A program made the translations under genes and the position numbers. From NCBI GenBank assembly GCA_947629925.1, contig CANRFO010000008.1, positions 14,722 to 78,721 of the forward strand: a stretch of DNA of 64,000 nucleotides, read 5' to 3'. How positions within the stretch are numbered: the stretch's first letter is position 1; the number at the start of each line of letters is the position of its first letter. The notes below the pieces were generated by a model, which was given only the letters and a program-made list of their open reading frames with translations, had not been told where the DNA came from and did no database searches. Positions 59,156 to 64,000 of this stretch are shown here, piece by piece. This DNA is from an uncultured Ruminiclostridium sp. (GTDB lineage Bacteria > Bacillota > Clostridia > Oscillospirales > Ruminococcaceae).

Positions 59156-59367
59156 TTTCCTGCCTCCTTTCGTTTTATGTTAAGGCTGAACGTTCGTCCT
59201 TCATTTATCATAACACATTTTCGGGGAAAAGGTTACATAATATTTTTTGAGCAAAAAGAATGGCTTTGGCAAAAACTGCCAAAGCCAAAGGAAAAGGGTG
59301 CAGGTATCTTAAAGCATATTTGCTTTAAGGCATATTTTATTTATGTTCTACACATTTCTCCGCCGTA

Positions 59368-61461
59368 TCAGTTTACGCTGAACAGCAGGTCGGAATAAGT
59401 GGGGATAGGCCAGTAATCTGCTCCTACAACAGTTTCAAGCTCATCTGCTACCGCTCTCAATGACTGCATTGAAGCAAACACGGTGTCATGGAAGAACTTT
59501 GCGTTCTCCATAACGTCAGTGATTGCGTGAGCCTTTGCGATAAGCTCTTCAAGCTCCTTGATATGAGCGTTCAGGCTGTCTGCAAGGGAGATGACCTTCT
59601 GCGCAAGCTCGGTCTCTGCGCCCGCCTTGAATCCTGCCGCTTTCTTGGAGGCAACTGCGTCGCAGATGTCCTTTTCAAACTTCAGGACTGCGGGGAGTAT
59701 CTGGCGCTTTGCCATGTCAACGGTGGTCTGAGCCTCGATGTTCAGCACCTTTTCGTAGTTTTCAAGGAGAGTTTCCGTTCTTGAATGTATCTCTATCTCG
59801 CTGAATACCTTATGCTTTGTGAACAGCTTTACGTTCGCCTCGTCCTCGAAGTGAGGAACTGCGTCCACGGTGGAAACAAGGTTGGGAAGTCCTCTCTTCT
59901 TTGCCTCCTCTATCCAGCTTGCGTCATAGCCGTTGCCGTTGAAGATTATCCTCTTATGCTCGGTGAAGGTCTTGATGAGCAGGGCGTTCAGCGCAGACTT
60001 GAAGTCGGGAGCTTTTTCCAGTTCGTCTGCAAATTCGCACAGTGCGTCCGCAACGATGGTGTTAAGTACGATGTTGGGTCCCGCTATGTTAAGAGTAGAG
60101 CCTACGCTCCTGAACTCGAACTTGTTGCCTGTGAATGCGAAAGGAGAAGTCCTGTTTCTGTCGGTGGTGTCCTTGGGGAAGGTGGGGAGAGTGGATACGC
60201 CGATGTCAAACTGCTTGTGCAGGTCTTTCGTGTGGCTGCCGCTTACCAGAGCCTCGATAACGTCGGTCAGCTCTTCGCCTAAGAATACGGAGATTATTGC
60301 GGGAGGAGCCTCGTTTGCGCCAAGTCTGTGGTCGTTGCCTGCGCTGGCTACGGAAAGTCTGAGCAGGTCGGCGTGTTCGTCAACCGCCTTGATTATCGCC
60401 GCAAGGAATGTAAGGAACTGCGCGTTCTCGATAGGAGAATCGCCGGGGTTCAGCAGGTTCTGTCCGTCGTTGGTGGACAAAGCCCAGTTGTCGTGCTTGC
60501 CTGAGCCGTTAACGCCTGCAAAAGGCTTTTCGTGGAGCAGGCAGGCAAGGCCGTGCTTTTTCGCTACCTTCTGCATAAGCTCCATTGTGAGCTGATTGTG
60601 GTCGGCGGCAAGGTTGGCGTTCTCAAATACGGGCGCGCATTCGTGCTGTGCGGGAGCGACCTCGTTATGCTTGGTCTTGGAGGGAACGCCCAAATTCCAC
60701 AGCGTTCTGTCAAGATCCTTCATATAGTCGCTTACTCTCTGCTTTATAGTGCCGAAGTAGTGGTCTTCAAGCTCCTGACCTTTAGGAGGCGCCGCGCCGA
60801 AAAGGGTGCGTCCTGTGAAGATAAGGTCCTTTCTCTTGCTGTAAAGCGCCTCATCCACAAGGAAATATTCCTGCTCAGCGCCAACGGTTGCAACTACTCT
60901 CTTGGTAGTCATATTCCCGAACAGGCGGAGTATACGCAGCGCCTGATTTGAAACTGCGTCCATAGAGCGGAGCAGAGGGGTCTTTTTGTCCAGCGCCTCG
61001 CCTGAGTATGAGCAGAACGCAGTGGGTATATAAAGGGTGTTATCCTTTACGAAAGCGTATGAAGTGGGATCCCATGCGGTATAGCCTCTCGCCTCGAAGG
61101 TGGCTCTCAGTCCGCCTGAGGGGAATGAAGACGCGTCAGGCTCGCCCTTGATAAGCTCCTTGCCTGAAAATTCCATTATAACGGTGCCGCCCTTCTGGGG
61201 GTTGATAAAGCTGTCGTGCTTTTCGGCGGTTATTCCCGTCATAGGCTGGAACCAGTGGGTGTAGTGAGTGGCGCCCTTTTCGATAGCCCAATCTTTCATA
61301 GCGTGGGCAACAACTGCGGCAACGGAGCTGTCAAGCTCGGTGCCCGACTCGATAGTGTCCATCAGCGCCTTGTAGGTGCCCTTTGGCAGGCGCTCTCTCA
61401 TTGTTTCGGCGTTAAAGGAATCGCAGCCGAAATTTTCTCTTACGTCATAATTTTCTGACAT
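59368..61461 (-). CDS. glnA: Glutamine synthetase type III
   Basis: [91 protein letters not shown]. Confidence 0.97.
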   Translation of the reverse strand: MSENYDVRENFGCDSFNAETMRERLPKGTYKALMDTIESGTELDSSVAAVVAHAMKDWAIEKGATHYTHWFQPMTGITAEKHDSFINPQKGGTVIMEFSGKELIKGEPDASSFPSGGLRATFEARGYTAWDPTSYAFVKDNTLYIPTAFCSYSGEALDKKTPLLRSMDAVSNQALRILRLFGNMTTKRVVATVGAEQEYFLVDEALYSKRKDLIFTGRTLFGAAPPKGQELEDHYFGTIKQRVSDYMKDLDRTLWNLGVPSKTKHNEVAPAQHECAPVFENANLAADHNQLTMELMQKVAKKHGLACLLHEKPFAGVNGSGKHDNWALSTNDGQNLLNPGDSPIENAQFLTFLAAIIKAVDEHADLLRLSVASAGNDHRLGANEAPPAIISVFLGEELTDVIEALVSGSHTKDLHKQFDIGVSTLPTFPKDTTDRNRTSPFAFTGNKFEFRSVGSTLNIAGPNIVLNTIVADALCEFADELEKAPDFKSALNALLIKTFTEHKRIIFNGNGYDASWIEEAKKRGLPNLVSTVDAVPHFEDEANVKLFTKHKVFSEIEIHSRTETLLENYEKVLNIEAQTTVDMAKRQILPAVLKFEKDICDAVASKKAAGFKAGAETELAQKVISLADSLNAHIKELEELIAKAHAITDVMENAKFFHDTVFASMQSLRAVADELETVVGADYWPIPTYSDLLFSVN

Positions 61462-61480
61462 TTCCCTTTTCCTCCTGAAT

Positions 61481-61531
61481 AAAAAAATGGGCGTTCTGAC
61501 AACACGAAACTGTCAAAACGCCTTTGTTTTG
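61481..61531 (-). terminator. Leader terminator/attenuator upstream of glnA
   Basis: Minus strand ggcgttttgaca-9 nt-tgtcagaacgcc-atttttttatt directly before the RBS; 5' arm overlaps the alternative hairpin caaaac-AAAGGC-gttttg. Confidence 0.65.
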
Positions 61532-61540
61532 CTTGATTTT

Positions 61541-61569
61541 ATTTTACAATATATGCATTCTTTTGTCAA
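61541..61569 (-). promoter_or_regulatory. Sigma-A promoter of glnA
   Basis: TTGACA-17 bp-TAAAAT on the minus strand. Confidence 0.75.
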
Positions 61570-61718
61570 TTGGTGATATGTTACAAAATTCTTATTTTTG
61601 CAGGATTTTTTTGTGAAACTTGCAAAAATAAGATGCCGCAGGAGAATTTCTTTCCCACTTGATTTTTTCCTCCTGTTCTGCTATACTTTACTTAATAACA
61701 TCTTTTGAGGGAACGGTT

Positions 61719-62507
61719 ATGGACGGATTTGATTTTTCCGCAAGAAAGCGGGTAGTTATAAAGGTGGGGACATCAACCCTCGCCTATAAAACGGGGAACA
61801 TAAACCTGCGCCGCACAAAGCGGCTGGTGGAAACGCTCAGCGATCTGAAAAACGCAGGTCACGACGTTATTCTGGTGACGTCGGGAGCAGTGGGCGTCGG
61901 CGCGGGAAGTCTGGGGCTTACCCAAAAGCCGAAGGAGATCCCGCTGAAGCAGGCCTGCGCCGCTATCGGGCAAAGCAGGCTGATGAGCTTTTACCGCTCG
62001 GAATTTGCAAGATACAACCACACGGTCGCCCAGATACTTGCCACCCGCGACGTTTTCAGCAACAAAACTCGGCGGGAAAATATCTACAACACTATGCACA
62101 CTCTGCTCTCTATGGGAGTAATTCCCATAATCAACGCCAACGACAGCGTTTCGGTGGAGCAGCTGGACTTTGACGAGAACGACACGCTGTCCGCGCTGAT
62201 AGCTGAGGTGTGCGAAGCGGATCTTTTAGTGATACTCACCGACGTGGACGGGCTTTACGACAAAAATCCCGCCCTGCCCGACGCAAAATTCATTCCCGTA
62301 GTGAACAGGATAACCGACAGTATGATAGCTTCCGCAGGCGAAAAGGGCAGCGAGCTTGCCAGCGGCGGTATGCTCACAAAGTTAGAGGCGGCGCAGATAG
62401 CGGGAGACGCAGACATTCCCACCGCCATAATCAAAGGGGAAAACCCCGATATTCTGTACGATCTGTTTGAGAACAAGGCAAAATGCACTTTGTTCGATTT
62501 GAAATGA
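61719..62507 (+). CDS. proB: Glutamate 5-kinase (no PUA domain)
   Basis: VVIKVGTSTL, LVTSGAVGVG, KQACAAIGQ, IPIINAND, NDTLSA, LTDVDGLYDKNP, GGMLTKL. Confidence 0.96.
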   Translation: MDGFDFSARKRVVIKVGTSTLAYKTGNINLRRTKRLVETLSDLKNAGHDVILVTSGAVGVGAGSLGLTQKPKEIPLKQACAAIGQSRLMSFYRSEFARYNHTVAQILATRDVFSNKTRRENIYNTMHTLLSMGVIPIINANDSVSVEQLDFDENDTLSALIAEVCEADLLVILTDVDGLYDKNPALPDAKFIPVVNRITDSMIASAGEKGSELASGGMLTKLEAAQIAGDADIPTAIIKGENPDILYDLFENKAKCTLFDLK

Positions 62508-62517
62508 AAGGATAAGT

Positions 62518-63762
62518 ATGAACTATCTTGAAGAGCTTGGCGCTAATGCCAAAAAAGCGGAAAAAGCAATGCGGGGAATTTCCTCCGCCCAAAAGGACAA
62601 CGCCCTTGAGGAAATTGCAAAGGCGCTGGAGGAAAATCAGGCGCTTATCATCAGCGAAAACGAAAAAGATCTGGAAAACGCCGTTAAAAAGGAAATGTCA
62701 AAGGCTATGCAGGACAGACTGAAGCTGGACGAAAAGCGGATAAAGGGTATGGCGGACGGCGTTCGCAAGCTGATTTCCCTCCCTGACCCTGTGGGGCGAG
62801 TTCTGGGCGGACACGAGCTGCCAAACGGACTGAAGATAGTCAAGAAAAGCGTTCCTCTCGGAGTGGTGGGAATTATTTTCGAGTCAAGACCAAACGTTAC
62901 CGTTGACGCTGCGGCTATCTGCCTTAAATCGGGGAATGTTTCAGTCCTGCGGGGCGGCAGCGACGCCATAAACAGCAACAAGTGCCTTGTGGAGATAATG
63001 AGGACTGCGGTAAAAAAGGCGGGGCTTGACGAAAACGCAGTGAGCCTTGTCACCGACACCTCAAGGGAAACGGCAGGAGAATTTATGAAGCTGAACCGCT
63101 ATATCGATGTGCTGATACCGAGAGGGGGCGGCGGGCTTATCCATACGGTAGTGAACAATGCAACGATACCCGTTATCCAAACGGGAGAGGGAAACTGCTC
63201 AGTCTATGTGGACAGCTCGGCGGACATTGAAAAGGCGGTTAATATCGTTGACAACGGCAAAACTCAGCGCCCCTCGGTGTGCAACGCCATTGAAAATCTG
63301 ATAGTTCACAAGGATATTGCGGAGCCGTTCTTAAAAGCTCTTAACGAGAAGTGGCAGGGCAAGGTGAAAATTCTTGGAGATGAAACTGCCGCAAAATATA
63401 TAAAGGTAGACGGAATTGCCGCAAGCGAGGATTACGCCACGGAATTTCTCGACTACACAATTGCGGTGAAGACCGTTGAAAGCACGGACGAGGCGATAGA
63501 TTTCATCAACGCCTACGGCACTAAGCACAGCGAGTGCATTGTGACGGAAAGTCTTGCCAATGCGGAAAAATTTCAGCGTGAGGTGGACGCCGCCGCAGTA
63601 TACGTCAATGCGTCAACACGCTTTACAGACGGCGGAGAGTTCGGAATGGGAGCAGAGATAGGAATTTCCACCCAGAAGCTCCACGCAAGAGGTCCTATGG
63701 GACTGGAGGAAATGACCACTTATAAGTATCTGATAAACGGCTGCGGTCAGATAAGAAGCTGA
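62518..63762 (+). CDS. proA: Gamma-glutamyl phosphate reductase
   Basis: VPLGVVGIIFESRPNVT, LRGGSDA, LIPRGG, QRPSVCNA, NASTRFTDGGEFGMGAEIGISTQKLHARGPMGL. Confidence 0.97.
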   Translation: MNYLEELGANAKKAEKAMRGISSAQKDNALEEIAKALEENQALIISENEKDLENAVKKEMSKAMQDRLKLDEKRIKGMADGVRKLISLPDPVGRVLGGHELPNGLKIVKKSVPLGVVGIIFESRPNVTVDAAAICLKSGNVSVLRGGSDAINSNKCLVEIMRTAVKKAGLDENAVSLVTDTSRETAGEFMKLNRYIDVLIPRGGGGLIHTVVNNATIPVIQTGEGNCSVYVDSSADIEKAVNIVDNGKTQRPSVCNAIENLIVHKDIAEPFLKALNEKWQGKVKILGDETAAKYIKVDGIAASEDYATEFLDYTIAVKTVESTDEAIDFINAYGTKHSECIVTESLANAEKFQREVDAAAVYVNASTRFTDGGEFGMGAEIGISTQKLHARGPMGLEEMTTYKYLINGCGQIRS

Positions 63763-63771
63763 GGAGAAAAA

Positions 63772-64000
63772 ATGAGGAAAAACGACCGAATAAGAATAAA
63801 AAAGGAAAAACGGGAAAAAGCTCCCGGCAGGATACTTGATTCTCTTGAGGGAAGCGTTACCGACGTTGAAGAGGAGCTTGAAGCCTCTGAGGGACAGCAG
63901 GAGGCATTTGACCCCTATGCGCCTGTGACAAAGAACAGAAAAAGCTTTTTTGTCGCGGGGCTTCTCATAATAATCTTAGCGGTAGTGGGACTTGTCACCG
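63772..64000 (+). CDS. Hypothetical membrane protein, 3'-truncated by the window edge
   Basis: ATG after GAGGAG; open frame MRKNDRIRIKK...SFFVAGLLIIILAVVGLVT ending in a TM-like segment. Confidence 0.6.
   Translation, partial: MRKNDRIRIKKEKREKAPGRILDSLEGSVTDVEEELEASEGQQEAFDPYAPVTKNRKSFFVAGLLIIILAVVGLVT

Overview
Chromosomal window from a low-GC Gram-positive anaerobe; the gene set, RBS usage and sigma-A promoters suggest Clostridia, likely a Ruminococcus/Oscillospiraceae-type gut bacterium (inference). Left to right: a partial SARP/BTAD regulator, two LolD/MacB-type ABC ATPases and an 8-gene expanded carbohydrate ABC cluster (985-aa solute-binding protein, 4 permeases, NHL, Yip1, DUF5696-like); yegP and rmuC; an FkbH-ACP-2xDHHW surface-acylation operon; rnhA, a P-type ATPase, a YtrA/GntR-ABC operon, ung, an Ogg-type glycosylase, nnr, pcrA, an SPFH protein, a 1425-aa CoA-activase fusion, ttcA, a CAP lipoprotein, gltBD, a MATE pump, a stand-alone NrdD glycyl-radical domain, four tandem ECF sigma/partner pairs, type III glnA and proBA. 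No rRNA, tRNA, transposase, integrase or CRISPR array was seen. The most unusual signals are (i) a ~108-bp promoter-plus-hairpin tandem repeat at two loci, (ii) three ~100-bp multi-hairpin elements that conserve structure but not internal sequence, (iii) two further dispersed structured repeat families, (iv) a GrcA-like autonomous NrdD glycyl-radical protein, (v) the ECF array with a shared candidate autoregulatory promoter, and (vi) a possible glyceryl-transfer analogue of the Dlt/Alg acylation pathways. All family assignments come from motif recognition, not database searches.
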